A stretch of 64,000 bases of DNA. It comes from a virus. Taxonomy: Duplodnaviria; Caudoviricetes. Position 1 is the first letter of the stretch. Every line of letters starts with the position of its first letter. Positions 37,264 to 47,101 of the stretch are shown here, piece by piece. The notes beneath the pieces were generated by a model that was given only the letters and a program-made list of their open reading frames with translations, searched no databases and was not told the origin of the DNA. The position numbers and the translations under genes were made by a program. The stretch lies in IMG/VR virus record IMGVR_UViG_3300020471_000006, positions 96,001 to 160,000 of that record. One strand, written 5' to 3'.

Positions 37264-40200
37264 ATGGCAGATTTTAGACTTGGCAGACTAAAATTTAACT
37301 GGAGAGGTGACTGGGCGGCTGGAACCGCTTATGTCATTGATGACATTGTTAAATTTGGTGCTAACACTTACGTAGCTATCGCTAACCACACATCGGTTTC
37401 GAGTGCTGCACAATGGTATGCAACTGATGCAGGTAGTTGGCAACTTCATACAGAGGGTATCTACAATACAGGTGATTGGGCTGCAGCTACTTTCTATAAG
37501 TTAAACGATATCGCAAAATACGGTAACGTACTTTATAGAACTACTACACCACACTTATCTACTAGTACTTTTGACAGTGCTAAGTTTGCTGCCTACTTAG
37601 ACGGTCTTAAGTTCGAAGATACTTGGGATTCAGCAACTGAATATCAAAAAGGTGATATCGTAACATATGGTGGTTATTCATATGTTGCTTTAACAACTAG
37701 TATTGCTATTCAACCAAATAACGGTATTGGTAACCAGTGGGATATCCTAACAACTGGTTTCAAAGTTGTTGGTAACTGGGATTCTACTACAACATACAAA
37801 CCAGGCGACGTTGTACTCTTAGGTGGTAACTCATACGTTTCTAAGACAACAAACATTAATAAGTCTCCTGATACAAACACTTCTGATTGGGACTTCGTTG
37901 TTGGTGGATTTACATGGAAGGGAACTTGGGATGTAGGTACTGTCTACTATCCAGGTGATGCTGTTAACAGAAATAGTAACTCCTATATTTGTGTAGCTCA
38001 GTCAACAGGTAATGCACCTGAAACAGATACTCTTGGTACATATTGGAATTCACTTGCTGAAGGAGCGTCTGCCAACGTTCTAACAACATCTGGTGATATT
38101 CTTTATCAAGCTGGAGCTGGTCCTGCTAGATTAGCAATTGGAACTGAGAATAAAGTTCTTACTGTTGATGCTTCTGGTTATCCATCATGGAAAGAGAGTC
38201 ACGTTACACACAAAGTTTACTACGTTACTCCAGAAGGTAAAGATACCAATCCAGGTAACAGTATTACAACAGCATGGAGAACAGTTCGTCACGCTGTAGA
38301 TAATGTAACTGGTCCTGCAACAATTTACGTTAAAGCAGGTACATATAACGAAATCCTTCCAATGAGGGTTCCTGAAGGTGTAGGTATCGTTGGTGATAAC
38401 CTAAGAACCTCAAGGATTCAAGCAAGAGCTGGTGAACCTTCAAGTGTTGTTAAACTTTCACTTGCACAAGTACCTGATGCTCAGTATAGAGTTCTTGGTT
38501 CTACTATCACATCTGGTGATGGAGCAAAGACTGGTGAAGTTATTGATGTTAGAGGAGGAGGTGGAGAGATCTATGTCCAAACTGATGGATTTGAAAATAA
38601 CAAAACTGCTGACGCATACAACCTATTAACATCTAACACACAGTTCCTTGTTAAGGAAACTCTTGCACAAGCTGCTAACGGTGGTGTTGCTATTACTAGC
38701 CCTCCAGGAGGAGATGCTTCTGTATTCGAAAGTAAACTTGCTGGTTTGGTTCAGGATATCACTGCTAACTTAGGTTATGGTGGTAACGACCGTGTTTATG
38801 ACACAGTTGATGATTGGATTACTACTAACTATTGGAATGGTAACGAAGCAGAAGTTGTTTCTATCTTAGCATACTTGATTCCTCTTGCAAAAGATGTTAT
38901 CAATAACACAACAATTACTGTTATTGGTACTCATGGATTAGGTCAGGTTAAGAACGATACTATTACAGACATTAGTACTGTAAGTGGAAACGCAACTTGT
39001 GTTGTTCAGGATGCTGCTATTACAACATTAGTTGGAGTTGCAACAACTGGATTGGGTTCAGGACTTGGAAGTGTTACTAGAGATGCTAACCAAAACCTCT
39101 GGACAGTTTCAGACACATATGAAGCAGGTGCTACAGATATCGGTATTACTAGTGTAACACCTATCAACAACGAAAACTTAACTATGTGGATGCTAGGAAG
39201 CACCACTATGCTTAAGGACATGGTTATGGACGGAATGGTTGGATTCGTTCCTTCAAATTCTGATCCTAAAGATCTTAACACTGCTACAATCCAAGGTGTT
39301 TATGTACGTCTAGATCCTAACTCACCAATTAAGAGATCACCTTATGTCTCTAACTGTTCTTGCTTCGGTGCAACAGGTATTGGTGCTGTTATTGACGGTG
39401 ATGTTCACGCTAAGTGGGATAATACTGCAAACTTTACACCAACTGATGCTACATACAATCCTTCTACTGGAGATTTAGATCTTGAACTTGGTGCTGGTCA
39501 TGGATTGACTTCTGGATCAAGTATTACATTAGCACAAGCATCTATTACATTTACTTGTACTAAGAACGGTAATGCATCTAACCATGCATATCCTCGTGTT
39601 ACTGACCCTGCGTTTGGTAAGGAACTTGTAATTACAAGTCATAGTGATACAAACATTGTAGTTAATGTTGGTGTTGCTGCTCCTGCTGATCAGTATGGAC
39701 ATACATTTGTAAGTGCTGCTACTAACGCTGTTGTATTTGATAACAGATCAAACAAAACAATGGTGTTTGACTCTTGGACACAAATCCACGAAGATGGTGG
39801 AGTTGGTTTCTGGTGTACAAACAAGGCTGGTGCTGAGATTGTATCTTGCTTTACTTACTACTGTCACATCTCATACTCTTCTACTAGAGGTGGAAGAATC
39901 AGATCTCTTGCTGGTAACTCATCATGGGGAACATACGGTATTGTATCTTCTGGATTCGATACTAATGAAACAACTCTTGATGGTACTATCGATGGTCTAT
40001 CTCTTGAATATGATGAAGCAACAATCGTTGCTGGAGCACAGGATTCAATTTGGTTGAATGAAGAAAGAGTTGTTGGATTAACATCTGGTGCTGTTGGAGA
40101 AATTATCTCTGTACAGGCTGGTGTATCTAAGATACTCTTCAGACCATTTAAAGGAAACTTTGTACAAGGTGAAACTATAGATGGTCAAACTTCTGGAGTA

Positions 40201-41358
40201 CAAGGTTCTCTACTTAGCAACGCTGACTACTTGGGTGGACAAAACGGATTCGTTCTTGCCTTAACTGGTAGAACATCTGCTCCTGTTCCAGGTGGTTCAG
40301 TTGAATTTGTTACTGGTGCTGGTGGTGCTGGAGAAGAACCATTCACATTTGTTATCGCTAACTCATCATACACTGCTCCTACTGGAAGAGGTAACTTAAC
40401 TGTTACTAGAGGACTGCTAGGTAGTTCTGCTGCTATACATCAAGGTTTGGAATTAATTACCAGATACCAGTATGGTGGTGCTAGTAACTTGAGTTCTGCT
40501 GTTAACAATACAACAGAAACTACAATTTATGTTAACTCCATTTCAGGATTCTCAATTGGAGCATACTGTATTGTAGACGATGAAATGATGGCAATTACTT
40601 CATTCCCAACAGCAACATCTCTTGAAGTTACTCGTGGACAAGAAGGTACAAATGCTGCTACTCACACATCAGGTACTTCAGTACGTGCTATCGAAATTAA
40701 GTCTGTTGATCAAACAGATACTTTAAGAGATCTCACTGCTGCCAGTACTGTTATTCGCATTACTGATGCTTCTGGATTCAACAATAATGATTACATAAAA
40801 ATCAATAGTGAATTCATGCAGATTACAAATGCACAAACAGATACAACTGGTACTGCATTAGTTGTTCTTGCTGCTGAGAAACCCACAAGAACATTTGACG
40901 GACAAAACTACAAGATCAGATATGGTTATAGTCAAGTTCGTCTAACTGGTCATGACTTCCTAGACTTAGGTACAGGAAACAAACTTCAAACTAACTGGCC
41001 TGGAGATCCATTAGTGGATCCAGCACCAGGTAATGAAGTTACTGAGGACTTCCCAGGACGTGTATTCTTTGTATCAACAGACCAAGATGGTAACTTCACT
41101 GTTGGACGTTACTTCAAGGTCAACCAGGCAACTGGTTCAACTACATTGAACGCATCATCCTTTGACCTATCTGGTCTATCATCCTTGAGATTGGGTTCTA
41201 TTGGTGCTCAGTTGGGTGAAAGTATCACAGAATTCTCTTCTGATGTTACACTTTCTGCTAACTCAAACCAAAAAGTTCCTACACAACGTGCTGTTAAGAC
41301 ATACATTGACGACAACCGCACAACTAAAGGATACGTCTTCTGGGCAGGGTCAGTTTGA
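37264..41358 (+). CDS. Tail fibre/spike-like protein with carbohydrate-binding-type repeats and a probable beta-helix region
   Basis: MADFRLGRLKFNWRGDW...Y..DDIV.(F/Y)GG..Y repeats; YYVTPEGKDTNPG....AWRT and IYVKAGTYNE.LP..VP....IVGDNLR pattern seen at pectin-lyase-fold starts. Confidence 0.8.
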   Translation: MADFRLGRLKFNWRGDWAAGTAYVIDDIVKFGANTYVAIANHTSVSSAAQWYATDAGSWQLHTEGIYNTGDWAAATFYKLNDIAKYGNVLYRTTTPHLSTSTFDSAKFAAYLDGLKFEDTWDSATEYQKGDIVTYGGYSYVALTTSIAIQPNNGIGNQWDILTTGFKVVGNWDSTTTYKPGDVVLLGGNSYVSKTTNINKSPDTNTSDWDFVVGGFTWKGTWDVGTVYYPGDAVNRNSNSYICVAQSTGNAPETDTLGTYWNSLAEGASANVLTTSGDILYQAGAGPARLAIGTENKVLTVDASGYPSWKESHVTHKVYYVTPEGKDTNPGNSITTAWRTVRHAVDNVTGPATIYVKAGTYNEILPMRVPEGVGIVGDNLRTSRIQARAGEPSSVVKLSLAQVPDAQYRVLGSTITSGDGAKTGEVIDVRGGGGEIYVQTDGFENNKTADAYNLLTSNTQFLVKETLAQAANGGVAITSPPGGDASVFESKLAGLVQDITANLGYGGNDRVYDTVDDWITTNYWNGNEAEVVSILAYLIPLAKDVINNTTITVIGTHGLGQVKNDTITDISTVSGNATCVVQDAAITTLVGVATTGLGSGLGSVTRDANQNLWTVSDTYEAGATDIGITSVTPINNENLTMWMLGSTTMLKDMVMDGMVGFVPSNSDPKDLNTATIQGVYVRLDPNSPIKRSPYVSNCSCFGATGIGAVIDGDVHAKWDNTANFTPTDATYNPSTGDLDLELGAGHGLTSGSSITLAQASITFTCTKNGNASNHAYPRVTDPAFGKELVITSHSDTNIVVNVGVAAPADQYGHTFVSAATNAVVFDNRSNKTMVFDSWTQIHEDGGVGFWCTNKAGAEIVSCFTYYCHISYSSTRGGRIRSLAGNSSWGTYGIVSSGFDTNETTLDGTIDGLSLEYDEATIVAGAQDSIWLNEERVVGLTSGAVGEIISVQAGVSKILFRPFKGNFVQGETIDGQTSGVQGSLLSNADYLGGQNGFVLALTGRTSAPVPGGSVEFVTGAGGAGEEPFTFVIANSSYTAPTGRGNLTVTRGLLGSSAAIHQGLELITRYQYGGASNLSSAVNNTTETTIYVNSISGFSIGAYCIVDDEMMAITSFPTATSLEVTRGQEGTNAATHTSGTSVRAIEIKSVDQTDTLRDLTAASTVIRITDASGFNNNDYIKINSEFMQITNAQTDTTGTALVVLAAEKPTRTFDGQNYKIRYGYSQVRLTGHDFLDLGTGNKLQTNWPGDPLVDPAPGNEVTEDFPGRVFFVSTDQDGNFTVGRYFKVNQATGSTTLNASSFDLSGLSSLRLGSIGAQLGESITEFSSDVTLSANSNQKVPTQRAVKTYIDDNRTTKGYVFWAGSV

Positions 41359-41368
41359 TCCCCCACTT

Positions 41369-41376
41369 TATAAATA
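41369..41376 (+). promoter_or_regulatory. Consensus T4 late promoter
   Basis: TATAAATA 38 nt upstream of ATG 41415. Confidence 0.85.
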
Positions 41377-41414
41377 TCAAATAAACCACTATCGTCTACA
41401 CGGAGAATAGGTAA

Positions 41415-41738
41415 ATGGCATCTGGAATATTGGGGACTCAACAATCCCTAGCCGCAAATACATTAACAACAGTATATACAGTACCTGCGAGTACAGTAGC
41501 ATACTGTAACTTCAACATTGTCAACACTAATGCAACCCCAGTTGATGTAAGAGTAGCTATTGCAGCTGCTGATACACCATCTGCTGCTGAGTATGTTGAG
41601 TACAATGCTGAGATCGGAGGATACGGAGTTCTAGAAAGAACTGGATTCGCTATGCAAACAGGTAAGAAACTTGTTGCCTTCTCAGACACAACTGGCGTGA
41701 GTATCTCTGCCTATGGTGTTGAAGAATCAACTTCCTAA
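41415..41738 (+). CDS. Small virion structural protein
   Basis: TVYTVPA...NIVN...VRVAI...YVEYN...LERTG...SISAYGVEE; SD GGAG; late promoter. Confidence 0.8.
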   Translation: MASGILGTQQSLAANTLTTVYTVPASTVAYCNFNIVNTNATPVDVRVAIAAADTPSAAEYVEYNAEIGGYGVLERTGFAMQTGKKLVAFSDTTGVSISAYGVEESTS

Positions 41739-41741
41739 TTA

Positions 41742-41748
41742 ATAAATA
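41742..41748 (+). promoter_or_regulatory. Late promoter variant (ATAAATA)
   Basis: Intergenic, 24 nt upstream of ATG 41773. Confidence 0.65.
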
Positions 41749-41772
41749 GATTTACAAGGAGATTTTAGAACA

Positions 41773-42096
41773 ATGGGACGCAACCTCACACCTGCATCTG
41801 ACACAAGAGAAACCGTAGCAGTTACTTCAGCACATTCTATATTGGCTGGACAAATTTTGCTACTTGATACTACTAGTGCTGCATTCACAGTAACTTTACC
41901 TGCTAATGGTAAATTAGGAGACAGAATCAATTTAATTGATGCTGCTGGTAACTGTGATGTTAACAAAGTAACAGTATCCAGAAATGGACACAAGATCGCT
42001 AACTTGGCTGAAGATCTTGATTTCGATTTGAAGAACGCTTCACTTGAGCTCATTTATACAGGTTCAGCCTACGGATGGTCAATTCTATCCAACTAA
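41773..42096 (+). CDS. Small virion protein (gp9/10-like beta domain)
   Basis: LLDTTSAAFTVTLPA...GDRINLIDAAG....KVTVSRNGHKI....EDL...LIYTGSAYGW. Confidence 0.75.
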   Translation: MGRNLTPASDTRETVAVTSAHSILAGQILLLDTTSAAFTVTLPANGKLGDRINLIDAAGNCDVNKVTVSRNGHKIANLAEDLDFDLKNASLELIYTGSAYGWSILSN

Positions 42097-42114
42097 TTCA
42101 ACTAAGGTAGTAAA

Positions 42115-43041
42115 ATGTCGAGTTTACGAGATCTATTAGATGTACCTGAAGCAGATGTAGTCCCTATACAAACGTATATGGGCGGTGGTCAGCATCAGAT
42201 ATATTATAGAGGAAATATGTGTTGGCAGTTTGAGAGTTCGTATAACTACGACTGGCAACGTATAAGATGGTGCGTCCCTAACAGCTGCATCTGTAGGGTT
42301 AAGTTTGAAATCTGGGGTGGCGGTGGAGGCGGCTCTGGTACATGTTGCTGCTCTATTGCTTGGCCTGGTCACTCTGGTCAGTACAGTGCTTGTACTGTTT
42401 GTGCTGCTGTACAAAGTGTCTCCCAGTTAGACGGTTGTTGTTATGATATATGTGTCGCCAATGGTACGTGTAGATACCCTTCTGGCGGTGGTTTTGATGG
42501 TTGCAAATCCTATATTAGTGGTCCAGGATTAAGCGACTTCTGTGCATGTGGTGGTTGTCATGGTCATCAGTGTTGTCACTGGATTGATTCCTACTTTGCT
42601 TGTAGAACCAGAATAACAGATACTGGTAAATCTTGTTCTAGAAGTCAAAGCGAACACTATACAATTAATAGTAGTGATTGCATGGATCAGTGTGAAAAGT
42701 ATGGTAAGTGGTATTGGAACGGTCTTACTCCTTATATTCATTATGATTGCAACCCTGGTTGTGGTAACTATTGCATGAAGAAAGACTACCATCCATATCC
42801 TGCTATGTACGGTGCTCGTTATGGAGTTGTTAATGGTTACAGAAAGCATACTATGGCAACTTGTGGTAGAACTGAAACACTATGGTTGACAGGTAACAAC
42901 GGTGGACTCTCAGGAGACTGCTGGAGAAACGGTCCTCCTGGTTCTGGTGGTGTATCTGCTCAGGTGTTTGGTGGTGGTTGCTGCTGTTCTTCTGAGGGTG
43001 CTCATGGACTCGTAAGAATCACTCTATACTGTAAAACATAA
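42115..43041 (+). CDS. Cys/Gly-rich putative receptor-binding or tail-tip protein 1
   Basis: FEIWGGGGGGSGTCCC; 32 Cys in 308 aa; C-terminal GGGCCC...GLVRIT. Confidence 0.75.
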   Translation: MSSLRDLLDVPEADVVPIQTYMGGGQHQIYYRGNMCWQFESSYNYDWQRIRWCVPNSCICRVKFEIWGGGGGGSGTCCCSIAWPGHSGQYSACTVCAAVQSVSQLDGCCYDICVANGTCRYPSGGGFDGCKSYISGPGLSDFCACGGCHGHQCCHWIDSYFACRTRITDTGKSCSRSQSEHYTINSSDCMDQCEKYGKWYWNGLTPYIHYDCNPGCGNYCMKKDYHPYPAMYGARYGVVNGYRKHTMATCGRTETLWLTGNNGGLSGDCWRNGPPGSGGVSAQVFGGGCCCSSEGAHGLVRITLYCKT

Positions 43042-43051
43042 GGAAAGGCAA

Positions 43052-43990
43052 ATGAATTTACGAGAACTATTAGGAAGAGAATTTGCTTCGACAATACAAG
43101 AAACAGTTGCAGCAAATACTGCACTAGAAAGGAACCACGAAGGTAGAGTATTCTTATTCCATCCTTATTGTAACGAAGGTAACTGTGAAAGTAGTTACAG
43201 AGGTTACTGTCTTCAGTATTGGTGTGTTCCTTGTGGTACTACTCAAGCAACTTTCGAGTTGTGGGGTGGAGGCGGTTCAGGCGGTGGTGCTTGCTGCTGT
43301 CAACAAGGTATGCCTGGTGGTGCTGGAGGATACGTAAGAAAGACTCTTGAGTATCCACAGATACAAGGTGGTTGGTGTTATTCACTCTGTGTTGCATCAC
43401 CTAACTGCTGCTCAAGATGCTGCTGTGGTATTAGAGGATGTAAAACATGGGTTAGTGGTTGTAACTTAAACAACCTCTGTGCTGATGGTGGACTTCCTGG
43501 TAAGACATGTTGCTGGGCTTTCTGGAACTCAACATATAGATGCCAAGATAAAGTTTCTTGGGGTGGATGTGGAGGATGGAGACTTCACGAAGATGGAGCA
43601 TGCTCCTACGGTGGAGATGAGATGATTAAGGGAAGACCTGGTGCTTTCATCACTCACTGTAATGATAATAACTGTTGGACAAAAGGATTGATGCCTTATC
43701 CTGCTGGTCTTATCAATCAAAAAGGTGGATGGTTAACACAAAACTATCAAGGTAATGCATGTATACATCAATACATGTATTGCTCAGGTACGACTCCTTG
43801 GGCGTACAACATTAACTGTAACGGTGGTCCAGGACTTCCTGGAACTGGTGCTCCTTCTGCTACTGCGTGTGGTGGTGGATGCTGTTACGGATGGCGTGGT
43901 GGCGGTGGATTCATTAGAATCACATACTGCTCATGCTGGTTACAGACAAGTTCACAGAACGAAGACTGTGCTTGGTACTACTTTAACTAA
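43052..43990 (+). CDS. Cys/Gly-rich putative receptor-binding or tail-tip protein 2
   Basis: FELWGGGGSGGGACCC; 34 Cys in 312 aa; PYPAG; GGGCC...GFIRIT. Confidence 0.75.
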   Translation: MNLRELLGREFASTIQETVAANTALERNHEGRVFLFHPYCNEGNCESSYRGYCLQYWCVPCGTTQATFELWGGGGSGGGACCCQQGMPGGAGGYVRKTLEYPQIQGGWCYSLCVASPNCCSRCCCGIRGCKTWVSGCNLNNLCADGGLPGKTCCWAFWNSTYRCQDKVSWGGCGGWRLHEDGACSYGGDEMIKGRPGAFITHCNDNNCWTKGLMPYPAGLINQKGGWLTQNYQGNACIHQYMYCSGTTPWAYNINCNGGPGLPGTGAPSATACGGGCCYGWRGGGGFIRITYCSCWLQTSSQNEDCAWYYFN

Positions 43991-43993
43991 ATA
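43987..43993 (+). promoter_or_regulatory. Late promoter variant (CTAAATA)
   Basis: Overlaps the stop of 43052-43990, 20 nt upstream of ATG 44014. Confidence 0.5.
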
Positions 43994-44013
43994 AGAGGAC
44001 AGAGGCACTATAG

Positions 44014-44919
44014 ATGGCTAATACAAATTTACGAGATCTATTAGGATTCGTTACATCAGATTCATTGGAGGGACTATCAGCACCCGATGCTACCACAAAA
44101 CTAGCAAGACTACCGTCTGCTGGTTATTGTGTACAGTATATTCACGGTGCTTGTGGTTCAACTTGTAGTGAACATTCCACCAATTACAACTACTATAGGT
44201 ATCCACTCTGGTGTATTCCTACTGGAGTCTGTGATGTTATCTTCGAAATCTGGGGTGCTGGAGGCGGTGGAGGATCATCCTGCTGCTGTTCTAGGGGCAT
44301 GCCTTCTGGTTCTGGTGCATATGCGTGGAAACGTATTACAGGTGCTGCGTCATCTCTTCAAGGATGTTCATATGATATTCATGTAGGTAGACCTGGTTGT
44401 GGTAGAACTGGATCACAGTGTGGTAATCAAGGTGGTACTAGTTACATCACTGGTTATGGTTTGAGTAACTTCTGTGCTAGAGGTGGACATGGAGGATGCT
44501 CATGCTGCTTCCTATGCTGCTGCACATGGAATGCTCAATCAATGGGTAGTTGCCCTTATGGTTGCTGTGCAACTTATCACGGTGCAGACGGTGGAGCATA
44601 CGGTGTTCCTGGTGCTGCTTACGTATTCTGTTACAATAACCATTGCTGGAACAAACAACACGTTCCTTATCCTGCTGGATTAGTTAATGGTAAAGGTGGT
44701 TGGATGACTGCTGTTACTTGTGAAAACAGTGGATGTGGACATTGCATGCTACATTGGGCATCTGCTCAGTTAGGATGGGGTGGATCATTCTCTGATCACA
44801 ACTATGTACCTGGTGTTGGTGGACCTTCTGGTTGGACTTGCAGTGGTGGTTGTTGTCGTGGAGAGAACGGTACTGCTGGTATGATCCGTATCAACTTCAA
44901 GTACGACGAAAACTTGTAA
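44014..44919 (+). CDS. Cys/Gly-rich putative receptor-binding or tail-tip protein 3
   Basis: FEIWGAGGGGGSSCCC; 29 Cys in 301 aa; PYPAG; SGGCC...GMIRIN. Confidence 0.75.
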   Translation: MANTNLRDLLGFVTSDSLEGLSAPDATTKLARLPSAGYCVQYIHGACGSTCSEHSTNYNYYRYPLWCIPTGVCDVIFEIWGAGGGGGSSCCCSRGMPSGSGAYAWKRITGAASSLQGCSYDIHVGRPGCGRTGSQCGNQGGTSYITGYGLSNFCARGGHGGCSCCFLCCCTWNAQSMGSCPYGCCATYHGADGGAYGVPGAAYVFCYNNHCWNKQHVPYPAGLVNGKGGWMTAVTCENSGCGHCMLHWASAQLGWGGSFSDHNYVPGVGGPSGWTCSGGCCRGENGTAGMIRINFKYDENL

Positions 44920-44923
44920 ATAA

Positions 44924-44931
44924 TATAAATA
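44924..44931 (+). promoter_or_regulatory. Consensus T4 late promoter
   Basis: TATAAATA 24 nt upstream of ATG 44956. Confidence 0.85.
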
Positions 44932-44955
44932 GGAAAGTATAGGTAATCAAAGGTT

Positions 44956-45810
44956 ATGGCTTTTACAAAAACATTCACATATAAAGTACCAGATGATTAT
45001 TTGGCACAAACTGATTCTTTAGGAAAGACTGCTGAATGGACATATGATGGTCCAAGATGGTTGTTCGTTTTCGTTGATAAGGAAACTAACAAATGGATTC
45101 CTTCACAGTCATGTATCGGATTGAATAGAGAGCCAACATCTGGTGACATCGAGCATGCAAATGTACGTGCTGGTATAGATGAAATCGCAGTCCAGATTGA
45201 CATGGCTTCTCCTACTGACGAAGAAGCAATCATTGGTTCTATCCTCTTCCCTAAAGATACTGGTAAAGCATCTGGTTATCCACAAAAGGATTACAAGATT
45301 TCTGGAGACGATACAGTATATTACTCACGTCCAGAACCAATCTCTCCTGACCATGCCTATGCAGCTGATGAGATCGAGTATGATCCAGCAGCAGGTGCTT
45401 GGAAGTCTCCTCTTCCTTGGTTCAAGCCTTGGATTTCAATGGAACAGCATAAAGCAGCAAGAGATACTCTAGTTGCAGATGCTCAAGCAAACCTAGACGC
45501 AGAAGCAACTGAGAATGGTGGTCAGGGTAACCTTACTGACCAGCAAAGAGCTGCTCTTACAGCATTTATTGGCGAATTAAACGGTATCTATACAAAGTTC
45601 CCTGCTGCTGATGGTTGGGGACCACACATGATTCCATTCCCTGATGATCCTCGTACTCCTTGGATTGATGGATATGACTATCGTGTTACAGACTACGAAG
45701 AGTTGATTGATGCTGCAACAGGATTAACTAAGTCTTCTGATGTTCCTGCTGCTGATGTTGTTGAAGATGTACAACAACAAACACTTAGAGACGGCACAAA
45801 AGCTGATTAA
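44956..45810 (+). CDS. Hypothetical tail-associated protein (possible assembly chaperone)
   Basis: Follows the three Cys-rich paralogues; acidic; ends in a ...ELNGIYTKFP...IPFP.DP segment reminiscent of fibre chaperone termini. Confidence 0.6.
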   Translation: MAFTKTFTYKVPDDYLAQTDSLGKTAEWTYDGPRWLFVFVDKETNKWIPSQSCIGLNREPTSGDIEHANVRAGIDEIAVQIDMASPTDEEAIIGSILFPKDTGKASGYPQKDYKISGDDTVYYSRPEPISPDHAYAADEIEYDPAAGAWKSPLPWFKPWISMEQHKAARDTLVADAQANLDAEATENGGQGNLTDQQRAALTAFIGELNGIYTKFPAADGWGPHMIPFPDDPRTPWIDGYDYRVTDYEELIDAATGLTKSSDVPAADVVEDVQQQTLRDGTKAD

Positions 45811-45829
45811 AAAGTTCGAGATGGATCGG

Positions 45830-45857
45830 AAGGACGGAGTAAAATCCGTCCTTTTTT
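45830..45857 (+). terminator. Rho-independent terminator
   Basis: AAGGACGGA-gtaaaa-TCCGTCCTT perfect 9-bp stem followed by TTTT. Confidence 0.9.
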
Positions 45858-45862
45858 ATGCG

Positions 45863-45870
45863 TATAAATA
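45863..45870 (+). promoter_or_regulatory. Consensus T4 late promoter heading the enzyme cluster
   Basis: TATAAATA right after the terminator and 48 nt upstream of the GT9 start. Confidence 0.85.
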
Positions 45871-45918
45871 GTAGCGAAGTTGAATAAATCCTTCTATATC
45901 ATTCTATATTAAAATATT

Positions 45919-47100
45919 ATGAGACCCAAATCGTTTTTTATTAACGGTGGAGCTGGACGTGTACTATGCTCTATCCCTGCATTTGAAAAATATGCGGAAG
46001 ACCATCCAGACGAAGACTTTGTAATAGTCTGCGAAGGTGGTACAGATTTCTATAAAGGTCATCCTATTCTACACAGGAAATGCTACGATCACTGGCATAA
46101 AGATCTTTTCGAAGACAAGATTAAACACACAGATATAGTTACACCAGAACCATATAGAATCTGGCATTACTATAATCAAAAATGCAATCTCTCTCAAGCA
46201 TTTGACATTGAGATTAATGGTTTAAAAGAACCAAGAGAACTTCCTGCACCAACAATCAAACTTTCCAGAGAAGAAGAAACAACTGGAATATTTGTTGTAG
46301 AAGAGGTTCGTCAAAGAACTAAGAAAAAGAAAACCGTAGTCTTCCAACCTTTTGGTAGAGGAGTTCAGACTGCTGGTAATATTATTATGGATACTTCTGG
46401 TAGAAGTTTCGAGTTTAATAATGTTGTTAGTATCATTAAGAAGTTGCAGAAAAAATATTCTGTTATTCTTCTATCAGAATTAACAATTGATTTTGAGAAA
46501 GAAGGGATGACTGATACTGTATCTCATCCTGTCAACAGACCATTGAGAGAACTTGCTGGTGCTATTAAAGCAGCAGATTTATTCATTGGATGTGATTCTG
46601 TTGGGCAACATATTGCTAAAGCATTTGGTAAACCAGCAGTTGTAGTTGTTGGGTCTACATTCAAAGAAAATATCAGTTACCCAGATGACAAGAAGTTTAG
46701 TGTTCTTGATATGGGTGAAGGTATGAGAGTATACGATCCTATTCGTATTACTATTGATGAGTATACTAACAGAGTCAATGATCGTATTATGGCGATGAAT
46801 GATAAGGTTGAAGCTGTTATCATGCAAGAGGTTGATAAACTGATGAAGAAGTATTATAAAGCTTCTGATAAAGTTATCAGACTTCCTGATGAGATGCAGC
46901 AGCAAGTAGATTATACTTTACAGATGGAAGAGGACATGAAGAAGCAAATGGCTTCTGGAAAACAACCAACTGTTCCAACAGGTATGATGAAACAATCCAA
47001 CAATCCAAATTTGATTCCAGCATTGATGGCAGATACTAAAGACATTAAACCACTAAGCAAAGTTCCTTCTGGATTTGCTGACTTAGCGAAAGGTAAATAA
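45919..47100 (+). CDS. GT9-like glycosyltransferase (ADP-heptose heptosyltransferase-like)
   Basis: GGAGRV at N-terminus; VVFQPFG; LRELAGAIKAADLFIGCDSVGQHIAKAFGKPAVVVVGST matches the GT9 C-terminal signature. Confidence 0.8.
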   Translation: MRPKSFFINGGAGRVLCSIPAFEKYAEDHPDEDFVIVCEGGTDFYKGHPILHRKCYDHWHKDLFEDKIKHTDIVTPEPYRIWHYYNQKCNLSQAFDIEINGLKEPRELPAPTIKLSREEETTGIFVVEEVRQRTKKKKTVVFQPFGRGVQTAGNIIMDTSGRSFEFNNVVSIIKKLQKKYSVILLSELTIDFEKEGMTDTVSHPVNRPLRELAGAIKAADLFIGCDSVGQHIAKAFGKPAVVVVGSTFKENISYPDDKKFSVLDMGEGMRVYDPIRITIDEYTNRVNDRIMAMNDKVEAVIMQEVDKLMKKYYKASDKVIRLPDEMQQQVDYTLQMEEDMKKQMASGKQPTVPTGMMKQSNNPNLIPALMADTKDIKPLSKVPSGFADLAKGK

Positions 47101-47101
47101 T

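Noticed and set aside
36387-44919. Diversity-generating retroelement, suggested by the Mtd-N-like domain and variable-looking adhesin paralogues
   Set aside because: No reverse transcriptase and no TR/VR pair differing only at adenines was seen in the window; Mtd-N-like domains are common without DGRs.
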